From Bythopirellula sp. (GTDB taxonomy: Bacteria > Planctomycetota > Planctomycetia > Pirellulales > Lacipirellulaceae): a DNA stretch of 64,000 nucleotides. The notes under the pieces are model-generated. The model was not told where the DNA came from. It did no database searches and saw only the letters and a program-made list of their open reading frames with translations. Positions 30,146 through 38,776 of the stretch are shown here, piece by piece; position 1 is the first letter of the stretch, and each line of letters starts with the position of its first letter. The translations under genes were made by a program, and so were the position numbers. Location of the stretch: assembly GCA_965216565.1 (NCBI GenBank), contig OZ244170.1:3040001-3104000 (forward strand), written 5' to 3'.

Positions 30146-31498
30146 TCACATCACCAGCTTCGATAGCAGCGCGGTCGCAATACTCAGCACCAAGAAGAAG
30201 CCGAGCATGTCGGTGAGCGTGGTAAGAATTGGCCCGGAGGCCAAGGCTGGATCGATGCCTCGCTTTTTTAGCAACAACGGCAATGTTCCGCCAATCATCA
30301 CGGCCACCAGCGTGTTGAGCGCGAGCGCACCGCCCACCACGACGCCCAACCAAACATTCTCGGTGAAAAACCACGCGACGCCGCCCAAGAGTCCGCCGAG
30401 CGCCACGCCGTTCAATAGTCCCACCATTGCCTCTTTAAACCAGACGCGTAACAGTTCATGCGGTCGAATCAGTCCCAGCGAAAGCTCGCGCATACTCACC
30501 GCTACCGATTGACTGCCGCTGCAACCGCTCATGTCGGAAATGATCGGCAAGAATACTGCCAAGGCGATCACCTGCGACAGCGTCTCTTGATAGCCGGCGA
30601 TTACGCTCGCGGCAATCATGTTGAGTACGATATTGATCGAAAGCCAAGACAATCGCAGACGCGATCTTCGCAGGGTGGGCATCGATCGGAATTCTTCTTC
30701 CACCACACCCATCGAACGCCGAAAATCTCTCTCGGCATGGGTCTGCCAAGCGATGTCGACCGCCTCGCGACTCACGACGCCCACCAACCGACCCTCTTCG
30801 TCGGTGACCGGCACACCCAAGAAAGCGTTCCCACGAAATATCTGATCGACCTCCATCAGTGTAGCATCCGCACTAATGGAGAGTGGCTCCGGGATCATGA
30901 TGTCTGAGACCAACGTGGAGGACTCGGCAAGCAATAGGTCGCGCAGCCGTAAAACGCCCACCAACTTTTTCTGACGATCCGTGACATAGGCATATTGAAC
31001 GTCGAGTGATCGCAGTCGGTCTGCGTCGGCTCGCAGCAATTCAATGACCCGGCCAACTTGAGCTTGGCTACGAACCGCGAACAGTTCCAGGGCCATCAGG
31101 CCCCCGGCGGAATCCTCGGGATACGCAGAAAGCTGACGGAGCAACGTTGCTTCGGAGGGTTTCATCGCCCCCAGCACCGCCTCGGCTTCGTCCTCGTCCA
31201 GCGAACCGACCACATCGGCCTGATCGTCGCTGGGCATCTCTTGCAGAATGGCTGCCGCAATGGCGGGGTCCAAATGCCCGACCGCCTCCACCGCCTCGAC
31301 GTCCGGCATGTCATCTAGCACATCGGCGGCCAGGGCCGGGTCGAGTGTCGAGAGCATCGCCGACTGGTTTTGGTCGGACAGATCGCAAAACTCGCGTGCC
31401 GTCTCGTGGGCATCAAGTTGTTCCAGATACTTCTCAATGCGCTCGGCATCGCCCTCTTGGATCACATCGCGGAGGGTTTCGTTGGCTTGCGGTTCCAT
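30146..31498 (-). CDS. mgtE: Magnesium transporter MgtE
   Basis: Acidic N-domain, YPEDSAGGLM, CBS pair, RLSWL, DPALASGP..TTLTD. Confidence 0.93.
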   Translation of the reverse strand: MEPQANETLRDVIQEGDAERIEKYLEQLDAHETAREFCDLSDQNQSAMLSTLDPALAADVLDDMPDVEAVEAVGHLDPAIAAAILQEMPSDDQADVVGSLDEDEAEAVLGAMKPSEATLLRQLSAYPEDSAGGLMALELFAVRSQAQVGRVIELLRADADRLRSLDVQYAYVTDRQKKLVGVLRLRDLLLAESSTLVSDIMIPEPLSISADATLMEVDQIFRGNAFLGVPVTDEEGRLVGVVSREAVDIAWQTHAERDFRRSMGVVEEEFRSMPTLRRSRLRLSWLSINIVLNMIAASVIAGYQETLSQVIALAVFLPIISDMSGCSGSQSVAVSMRELSLGLIRPHELLRVWFKEAMVGLLNGVALGGLLGGVAWFFTENVWLGVVVGGALALNTLVAVMIGGTLPLLLKKRGIDPALASGPILTTLTDMLGFFLVLSIATALLSKLVM

Positions 31499-31606
31499 GA
31501 TCGTGGAAATCAGGCGTTGGGAGCGAGGCGTCAAACGCGAAAAGCGAAACGCTCAGCTCTAGTCTCTAAACTCTTAGCTCTCAGCTCTTGACTCTAAGCT
31601 CTTGGC

Positions 31607-33220
31607 TCAGTCTTTGCCCACGTGCTCTACCAGCGGCCAGTACTCTTGGAAGTCGAAATCGGGGCTGTTGTCGGTATCGTGGCATTCGACACATCTCTGT
31701 ACAACCTTGGCATTCTTAAAGACCTGGCCGTCTTTGTTGCCTTCGTTCTCGACAATCTTCAGCCGCATCGCCGCGCGGAGTTGCTCTTGCTCGGCTTCGG
31801 TGACGTCCGTTTCGCCGAGTTCCGCATCGACGTGAGCCTTGCCTGGGCCGTGGCAGTTTTCGCAGCCGTTGGCCGTCAGATGTGGTGTCGACTCCAGACC
31901 GAGGAAGCCGGACGCATAGGGAAAGTACTTCTGCGGATTCCAGCCCGTGGCGTGACAGCTCAAACATTCCGGATCGAAATGGCGCTGTGGATCGAGCTTC
32001 ACTAGTGTCTCAGTCGCGTGGGAGTGCGGGGTGCCCTCGAAGATTTCCATCGCCGTGGTATGGCAATCGCCACAGGCAGCCGAGCCCACGAACTGCCCAT
32101 CGGGATTCTTCACGCCTGTGATTCCCAATCCGTCGAGGCCCGTGTCGCGGAGTTCGTTTTGATACGTGGCCAACATCTGCTTCATGTCCGGCGAATCGTC
32201 AAACCGATGATCCAACGGCACGCGCTGATATTTCACCGGCTCGTCCGGGTCGTCGTAAATCCCCAGCACAATCACATACATGCCCTTGTGGCCCGACTCG
32301 ATGAGCTGCGTTTCTGTGCCCTCAATCAACTTCGTCCGCAGCGGCGGTTCGCTCGCGCCGGCGGTGGTAATCAGATCGAACTGCGGAAACTGCTTCGCCA
32401 GCGGTGCGGCTTCGTTCGGGTCGGCACTTGTCATTAGCACCAGCAAATCGCAGTTCTCTTTTTCAAGTTGGGGCATGACCTTCCGCAGTGCTTCGGCTGG
32501 ATCTTGCCACAGGACATCGGAGCTGTTCTTGATCGCAAGCTTATGCTTTTCGACCAAGATCGAGGTGATGCCGATGCGTTTGCCCCCGGCTTCGACCACG
32601 CGATACGGCTTGGTAAAGGGACTCGACGAATCGAACAACGAAATATTTGCCGAGACCAGTGGGTTTTGTTCCGCGTCGAGGTTCGCCAGCACAAACAGCA
32701 GCGAGTCGCTACTAAGTTGCAGTTCTCGGGCACCCAGGCCAATCGCCTGATAGCCTAGCTTCATCAGCGATTCGAGGGCGTATCGATATTTGATTTCCGA
32801 CTGCGGACCGACGCGCCGCACCATGCCGCCCGAATCGAGCTTCACCAGCGGCCAGCCATCGGCCTCCAACTTCTTAATCAACGTGTGGCGACGCTTGAGG
32901 CCTCCCAGTTGATTGTCCAGTCCCGCACAACCGCACGGTTCGAGAAAGCCATCCATATCTCCGGAGAACATCAACGCAAACTGAGGCTTGGTCCAACCTT
33001 CGAAAATTGGGCCATTGCGTTTGACGGGGTCATTGTCTTCAGCACTTTTTCCGTAGCCTCCGTCATCCGTACTCGTATCAATCGATTCGGCATCCACAGA
33101 ATCGGCCTCCGCCTGACTCGATTCGCTACCAGGGAGCGTGATGGCCGCGAACGCACCCAATGCGAAAACGAGGAAGCCGCCGCAGAAAATTTGTTGCCCA
33201 AGTGCGCCAGATGTTTGCAT
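31607..33220 (-). CDS. UshA/5'-nucleotidase-like domain fused to tetraheme c554-type cytochrome
   Basis: G.LEPCGC...GGL.RR N-domain; four CxxCH motifs (CGDCH, CLSCH, CENCH, CVECH). Confidence 0.82.
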   Translation of the reverse strand: MQTSGALGQQIFCGGFLVFALGAFAAITLPGSESSQAEADSVDAESIDTSTDDGGYGKSAEDNDPVKRNGPIFEGWTKPQFALMFSGDMDGFLEPCGCAGLDNQLGGLKRRHTLIKKLEADGWPLVKLDSGGMVRRVGPQSEIKYRYALESLMKLGYQAIGLGARELQLSSDSLLFVLANLDAEQNPLVSANISLFDSSSPFTKPYRVVEAGGKRIGITSILVEKHKLAIKNSSDVLWQDPAEALRKVMPQLEKENCDLLVLMTSADPNEAAPLAKQFPQFDLITTAGASEPPLRTKLIEGTETQLIESGHKGMYVIVLGIYDDPDEPVKYQRVPLDHRFDDSPDMKQMLATYQNELRDTGLDGLGITGVKNPDGQFVGSAACGDCHTTAMEIFEGTPHSHATETLVKLDPQRHFDPECLSCHATGWNPQKYFPYASGFLGLESTPHLTANGCENCHGPGKAHVDAELGETDVTEAEQEQLRAAMRLKIVENEGNKDGQVFKNAKVVQRCVECHDTDNSPDFDFQEYWPLVEHVGKD

Positions 33221-33522
33221 TGCAAGTCGCCGTGATTACCAAGGAGCCAGACTAGGATTCGACTGCACCAATCGTACCCTCTGAGCAGAGTTTCGACCAG
33301 CGATGTCACGGGGAGGGGCTAGGTGCTAGAGACTCGGGGCTAGCTGCTGCGTCGTGAATCCTGCAGAGCACTCGTAGGAATTTCAATCGAGGAAAAACAA
33401 CTTCTCCTATGTCCCTCGCCCCTTTGGGGAGAGGCTATGGTGAGGGGAGCAATAAACACGGAAGTTGTTTTTCCTCGATTCCTTACCTTCAAATCTGCAA
33501 CCGAGCATACGGTTCGCAGATC

Positions 33523-34689
33523 TTACGGCTCGACGGTAAAGTGCACGCGAAGCTGCACTTCCTTGGCTTTCGGATGCGTGGTTCTCAAAACGACCAGTGC
33601 ATCGCTGCTAGCTGGCTCGCCGAGGCGCACCATCGGTGGCGTCCCTGGGGGGATCTCCAGAATCAACGGCACATGGACCAACTCGTCGCCGATCTCTTCG
33701 CGTTGGCCCAGGGTCGCTTTGAGTTGGTGCGGAATGGTTTTAATTACCTCGATCTCGGTTGCCTGGGCATGCTCGCCACGTGTGGAAACGATCAGCCGAG
33801 CCTGTTTTCCTTTGCTGCTAGAAACTGAACCCATCCGCAAGAGCCCCTTTTCCGGAAGCCAGCCGCGACCAAATATCGATATGTCCCCGACCGTATTTCC
33901 GGCCGTAAAGATGCTCAACCGAGCTGCCTTCTCCAGATTTGTTTCGATCCCAATCCAGCCCATGAATCGGCCAATCGTGCGATCCGCTTGTAATGTTGCC
34001 TTCACTTTCACCGCACCAACGGCGTCGGGCACTGGGAACTCCTCTGGCGCAACAGGGACGAACTCCAGTTTTATTTGATCCGCTAGATCTGGATCGCCGA
34101 TCAGGTAGTCGGTCACCTCGACTTCTTCTTGAAAGCGGGAGAGAATAAATAGCTCCGCCGTGGCTTCCTCGCCGGCAGAGACTTCTCCGAATAGCAACTC
34201 CCCGGGAATTACCGACGTCGACTCCACAACGTCTCCCTCCACCGTCAGTGTGATACTGAGATTCTTGGGATCATTGGTGGAAAGGGTCGCCCCGTGGCGA
34301 AACGGACCGACTGCCGTCTTCGCGGTCCACTCCAGCAGGACATCGGTTTCGGCGCCGGGGGCAAGTTGATTGTCTTGCAAATCGCCCACCGTGCATTTGC
34401 AGGTAGTGCTTGCCACCGCCAGCATCAAGGGACGCTTACCGACGTTACGGACCTTAAACGCATGACTGAGCGTTGTGCCCTGCTCCATGTTGCCAAAGTT
34501 ATAGAGCTGCTCGGGGACTTCTGCTTCAGGCCGAACATCGGTATCGATGGGCTCCGCATCGTCGGATTTATCTTCGAGGCTCAATGGGTGAACCACCGTC
34601 CAAGGCTGGGCCTGGTAATAACCCAACACAGCACCGAGCCCCAAACCAACGAGGACCGCACTAACAATCAATTGCAGCAATGAACGCAT
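33523..34689 (-). CDS. DUF1573 Ig-like domain protein
   Basis: YNFG.M, H.F.V.N.G..PL, TTCKCT, LAPG motif; N-terminal TM. Confidence 0.75.
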   Translation of the reverse strand: MRSLLQLIVSAVLVGLGLGAVLGYYQAQPWTVVHPLSLEDKSDDAEPIDTDVRPEAEVPEQLYNFGNMEQGTTLSHAFKVRNVGKRPLMLAVASTTCKCTVGDLQDNQLAPGAETDVLLEWTAKTAVGPFRHGATLSTNDPKNLSITLTVEGDVVESTSVIPGELLFGEVSAGEEATAELFILSRFQEEVEVTDYLIGDPDLADQIKLEFVPVAPEEFPVPDAVGAVKVKATLQADRTIGRFMGWIGIETNLEKAARLSIFTAGNTVGDISIFGRGWLPEKGLLRMGSVSSSKGKQARLIVSTRGEHAQATEIEVIKTIPHQLKATLGQREEIGDELVHVPLILEIPPGTPPMVRLGEPASSDALVVLRTTHPKAKEVQLRVHFTVEP

Positions 34690-34795
34690 AAATCCGATCC
34701 CAGTTTGACGTCGAAACAGTAGATTCTAAGCTGCCTGGTTCGTGGTCGTCAATTTGCGGAGTTCGTGGCACGCCTTGCCTTGCGTGGCAAGGCGG

Positions 34796-35326
34796 CTAGG
34801 CGCCGAGCCGTAAGTGCTCGCGACACTTGGTGAAGAACTGCTGAAAATCCTCGCGGCGATAGTCGGGATAGGTCCAATCGCACGCCTGCCAGTTTCCGCC
34901 GCGATACTGCAGCGTGAACTCCGCGTAGATGCCCTCCCCCAAGTAGAGCCGATGGGCGTGGTCTTTGGTCGAGGCCAGTACGAGCTTGGCCAAGGTGATG
35001 TAACCGGGGTCCAAGTTCAGCGGTCGCGGCTCTGGATGATTCGCCTCGGCGGCGTACTGCTCTTCCCAATCGTTGGTCAAACGCTTGATTCGCGCCAAGT
35101 CGCCCGGATCGATGACATTCTGAAACGCAAGAAACTGCTTCTTCAGATCGTCTCCCATCGACTCGCGATAGTAATCTGTCTCGGTGAACTCAAACGCTTC
35201 ACTCTTGAGCGCGAGCGGGCCAAACTCCGCTTGCGACTGCTTCTCAGCCCAGGCCAGCGCATGGTCGTAGCGGCTGCTGACGGCAATGAGTAGCAATGTC
35301 GGTTTTGGTTTTTGAATTGTGCCCAT
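34796..35326 (-). CDS. DUF4416 family protein
   Basis: TDYY..SMG, RPLNLDPGY, LVLASTK...HRLYL..GIYAE, WTYPDY. Confidence 0.8.
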   Translation of the reverse strand: MGTIQKPKPTLLLIAVSSRYDHALAWAEKQSQAEFGPLALKSEAFEFTETDYYRESMGDDLKKQFLAFQNVIDPGDLARIKRLTNDWEEQYAAEANHPEPRPLNLDPGYITLAKLVLASTKDHAHRLYLGEGIYAEFTLQYRGGNWQACDWTYPDYRREDFQQFFTKCREHLRLGA

Positions 35327-35329
35327 AAT

Positions 35330-35386
35330 ACTCCGGACCGCGTGGCGGCCCGGCTAGCCGGAGGGCCACGCCCTCCGAAGTGCTGT
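35330..35386. repeat. 57-bp REP doublet downstream of the HUH transposase
   Basis: Two hairpins joined at a central CTAG; 54/57 identical to 35953-36009. Confidence 0.9.
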
Positions 35387-35868
35387 CAAAGAAAAAACCC
35401 TCTCGCAGCCGTCCACTTCCAACCTGAATGCTTAGGCAGATAGTTGTCCACCAAGTGAGCAAAGTGGGTCCTATCTTGCACCCACTTGCGACTACCACCC
35501 TCAGCAAGCCATTTTTTCTTGCAATACTTTTGATTGAGGCTGCGCGAAACTGATCCCTTTACGGTGCTACGCATCCGCAGCCAAGGTCGCTCGTCATTCC
35601 AGCCAATTAGCAAATGCACATGCGACGGCTCAGTCGCTAGATAGTAAATCACGAAGTCTTGTTTGTCACGCGACTCGATCAGCGATGTGAGGATCGCTCG
35701 CTGCGTATCTTCGTCAAACTCCTTAGGATCCTCGACCATCAATCCCCGATAGCGACTGGCCTCTTCTGCATCGGAAGGCAAGATGCCTTGGTGTCGTTTC
35801 ACATATCCTTGCTTGCGGTCGGGCATCCAACTGCCGTATGCGTGGTAGGTGAATAGATAGACGGGCAT
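35386..35868 (-). mobile_element. HUH (Y1) transposase, RAYT/IS200-like
   Basis: YLFTYHAYGSW N-terminus, HVH motif, K..VSR, W...G, C-terminal Tyr (DNYL); flanked by hairpin repeats. Confidence 0.75.
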
Positions 35869-35952
35869 GGTGACTCCAGAGAAGACAGCAACCAGTATGT
35901 GAACATTTGTACATATACTATTCGTTCGAGTGATTCGCTGTCAACCCTTGGC

Positions 35953-36009
35953 ACTCCGGACCGCGTGGCGGTCCGGCTAGCCGGAGGGCCACGTCCTCCG
36001 GAGTGCTGT
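35953..36009. repeat. 57-bp REP doublet upstream of the HUH transposase
   Basis: CCGGACCGC-GTG-GCGGTCCGG, CTAG, CCGGAGGGC-CAC-GTCCTCCGG. Confidence 0.9.
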
Positions 36010-36026
36010 TACAGTAAACCTATTCC

Positions 36027-37538
36027 CTAGTAAGCTCGCGAGAACACCGCGCGTTTTGCGCTCGGCTGTCCACTAAAAATACACGTCCCCGATTCCTCCG
36101 GCCCATCCACCGGCACGCAGCGCGCCGTCACTTTCAGCTCCTTGAGCTTCGCTTCCATCTCCGGCCCGTCGACGAAATGGCAATACGCCAGGCCGCCCGG
36201 GGCGTCCTCGGCAAAGTACTCGGCAAATGCGTCGAGATCGTCAATCGTGGTGGTCGCTTCTTCGCGAGCTGCTGCCGCGCGATCGAATAGCCCCTGCTGG
36301 ATTTCAGCAAGCATCGTTTCCACACCTGCCAAAAACTTTTCGCGTGGCGGAAACGGCTCGTCAGGCTTGCCGGCAATGTCGCGACGTCCCAAGGCCACTT
36401 TGCCCCCTTCGACATCGCGGGGGCCAACCTCAATCCGAATCGGCACGCCCCGTTTGACCCATTGCCATTTTTTCTCGCCGCCACGCATATCCCGGTCGTC
36501 CAGTCGCACGCGGATCGGTTCGCCATCGTATTGCTTGGCTTCCAATTCTTTTTTGAGCGATTCGCAATAGGCCAGCACGTCGCCACGTTGGTCGTCGCCC
36601 TTGTAGATCGGCAAAATCACCACATGAGCCGGGGCCAACTTCGGCGGCAATACTAATCCGTCGTCGTCACTATGCGTCATGATCAATCCACCTACAAGGC
36701 GCGTCGACACGCCCCACGAAGTGGTCCACGCATACACTTCCGCGCCTGTGTTGTCTTGGAATTTGATTTCCTGCGCCTTGGCAAAATTTTGACCCAAAAA
36801 GTGCGACGTCCCCGCCTGCAGCGCTTTGCGATCTTGCATCATCGCCTCGATGCTGTACGTTGCCACCGCGCCCGGGAACCGTTCGCCGGCCGTCTTCTCG
36901 CCCTTAATCACCGGCATAGCCATCGCGCTCTCGGCAAACTCTGCATACACATCAAGCATCTGCCGCGTTTCTTCCTGGGCTTCTTCGGCCGTCGCGTGCA
37001 CGGTGTGTCCTTCCTGCCACAAAAACTCGGCGGTGCGTAGAAACATCCGCGTCCGCAATTCCCAGCGCACGACGTTGGCCCATTGATTAATAAGAATCGG
37101 CAGGTCGCGATACGACTCGACCCAGCGCGAGAATGTTGCACCGATGATCGTCTCACTCGTGGGCCGTACGATCAACGGTTCGTCAAGCTCGGCAGAAGGT
37201 GCCGGGCGCAAGCCGCCCTCAGGATCGGGCTCCAGCCGATGATGGGTCACCACCGCGCACTCTTTGGCAAAACCTTCGACGTGCTCGGCTTCCTTCTCCA
37301 AAAAGCTCATCGGGATAAACAGTGGGAAGTAAGCGTTTTCGTGCCCGGTGGCTTTGAACATGTCGTCGAGCCGCTTCTGGATATTTTCCCAGATGGCATA
37401 CCCCCACGGCTTGATCACCATGCAGCCACGGACGTCGGACGTCTCCGCCAGGTCGGCCGCCTTCACGACTTGTTGATACCACTCGGGATAGTTCTCCGCG
37501 CGGGTGGGAGAAATTGCATTCTTCGGTGCTTTGGGCAT
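36027..37538 (-). CDS. proS: Prolyl-tRNA synthetase (archaeal/eukaryote-like type)
   Basis: HVEGFAKE, RPTSET, QWANVVRWE, FLRT.EFLWQEGHT, ALQAGTSH, C-terminal RAY. Confidence 0.96.
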   Translation of the reverse strand: MPKAPKNAISPTRAENYPEWYQQVVKAADLAETSDVRGCMVIKPWGYAIWENIQKRLDDMFKATGHENAYFPLFIPMSFLEKEAEHVEGFAKECAVVTHHRLEPDPEGGLRPAPSAELDEPLIVRPTSETIIGATFSRWVESYRDLPILINQWANVVRWELRTRMFLRTAEFLWQEGHTVHATAEEAQEETRQMLDVYAEFAESAMAMPVIKGEKTAGERFPGAVATYSIEAMMQDRKALQAGTSHFLGQNFAKAQEIKFQDNTGAEVYAWTTSWGVSTRLVGGLIMTHSDDDGLVLPPKLAPAHVVILPIYKGDDQRGDVLAYCESLKKELEAKQYDGEPIRVRLDDRDMRGGEKKWQWVKRGVPIRIEVGPRDVEGGKVALGRRDIAGKPDEPFPPREKFLAGVETMLAEIQQGLFDRAAAAREEATTTIDDLDAFAEYFAEDAPGGLAYCHFVDGPEMEAKLKELKVTARCVPVDGPEESGTCIFSGQPSAKRAVFSRAY

Positions 37539-37764
37539 TGGTCAGTGAGAGCTCAGAGGTCGGAGTCAGCCGTGTTGCCACGCAACACAAGGCAGCGGGA
37601 ACCCAACATTCTATGCCAAACGCTAGCGGTAGAAAATCGCAACCCCTGCCCCCCAGCGAGTGCGAGGGCATTATGTTAGGATCACCCTGAGCCTTGCAAT
37701 GCGTGGCATCGCGGGTAGCTGTGTCCCTAGCCTCCAGCCCCTAACTCCTAGCCCCTCTCCCCCT

Positions 37765-38736
37765 ATGTCCGAGCGTCGATACGTTAGTCAACTCGCCGAA
37801 AACGAAGCCGTCAGCCAGGTTTTCTTAGCCTCCGAAAAGCAACTTCGCCCCAATCGCAACGGCAATCTCTATCTGCAGGTCGACTTAGGCGACAAAAGCG
37901 GCTCGGTGAATACCCGCATGTGGAACGCCACCGACAACGATTACAAGGCGTTCGACAACGGCGACTACGTCCACGTCGAAGGGGCGACGCAACTGTTTCA
38001 AGGCAATATGCAGCTCATCGCCAATCGGATTCGGCGAGCGCGGCCCGATGAGGTCGACGAGAACGATTTTGTGACGCTCGAGTCGGGCGAAGTCGAAAAC
38101 ATGCGTAAACGGTTTCTGGAAATCCTCGGCAGCATTCAATCTGCTCCCTTAGCCCGACTGGCCGCGGGATTTACCAAAGACGAAGACTTCATGGAAAAAT
38201 TCTGCCGCGCGCCTGCCGGTATGAAAAACCATCACGCCTACCAAGGAGGATTGTTGGAACACGTACTCAGTTTGATGGAACTCGTTCTGGTGGTCGCCCC
38301 GCGCTATCCACAGCTTGATCGCGACAAACTGCTCATCGGCGTCCTACTCCACGATGCGGCTAAGATCGACGAGCTCGCTTACGAGCGCGACATTTCCTAC
38401 ACGGACACGGGCCAACTCCTGGGGCACATGGTGATGGGCGTCACTATGCTCGACAACAAAGTCAAACAGATCGTCCAGCAAGATGGCCTGCCTTTCCCCG
38501 ATCGATTGCTGATCGAACTCAAGCACATGATCGTCAGCCATCATGGCGAGTACGAGTACGGCAGCAGCAAACTACCGATGACGCTCGAAGCAATCGCGCT
38601 ACACCACCTCGACAACCTCGACGCAAAACTCGCCTGCTTCACGCAACTGATGAACGACTGCCCCAACACCGACAGCAACTGGACGCAATACTTCGCCCAA
38701 ATGGGAAGAAAGCTGTTCAAGCCTGCCAGCGAATAG
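37765..38736 (+). CDS. yhaM: 3'-5' exoribonuclease YhaM family (OB + HD)
   Basis: OB fold, PA...HHAY.GGLLEH, LLHD..K, SHHG..EYGS, DNLDAK. Confidence 0.85.
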   Translation: MSERRYVSQLAENEAVSQVFLASEKQLRPNRNGNLYLQVDLGDKSGSVNTRMWNATDNDYKAFDNGDYVHVEGATQLFQGNMQLIANRIRRARPDEVDENDFVTLESGEVENMRKRFLEILGSIQSAPLARLAAGFTKDEDFMEKFCRAPAGMKNHHAYQGGLLEHVLSLMELVLVVAPRYPQLDRDKLLIGVLLHDAAKIDELAYERDISYTDTGQLLGHMVMGVTMLDNKVKQIVQQDGLPFPDRLLIELKHMIVSHHGEYEYGSSKLPMTLEAIALHHLDNLDAKLACFTQLMNDCPNTDSNWTQYFAQMGRKLFKPASE

Positions 38737-38776
38737 TCCCTTCCAACTTCAACCTTCAAACTTCCCCCTTACCCAC

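Noticed and set aside
36027..37538. Archaeal/eukaryote-type ProRS as evidence of recent transfer
   Set aside because: This type is widespread in several bacterial phyla, and codon style matches the neighbours.
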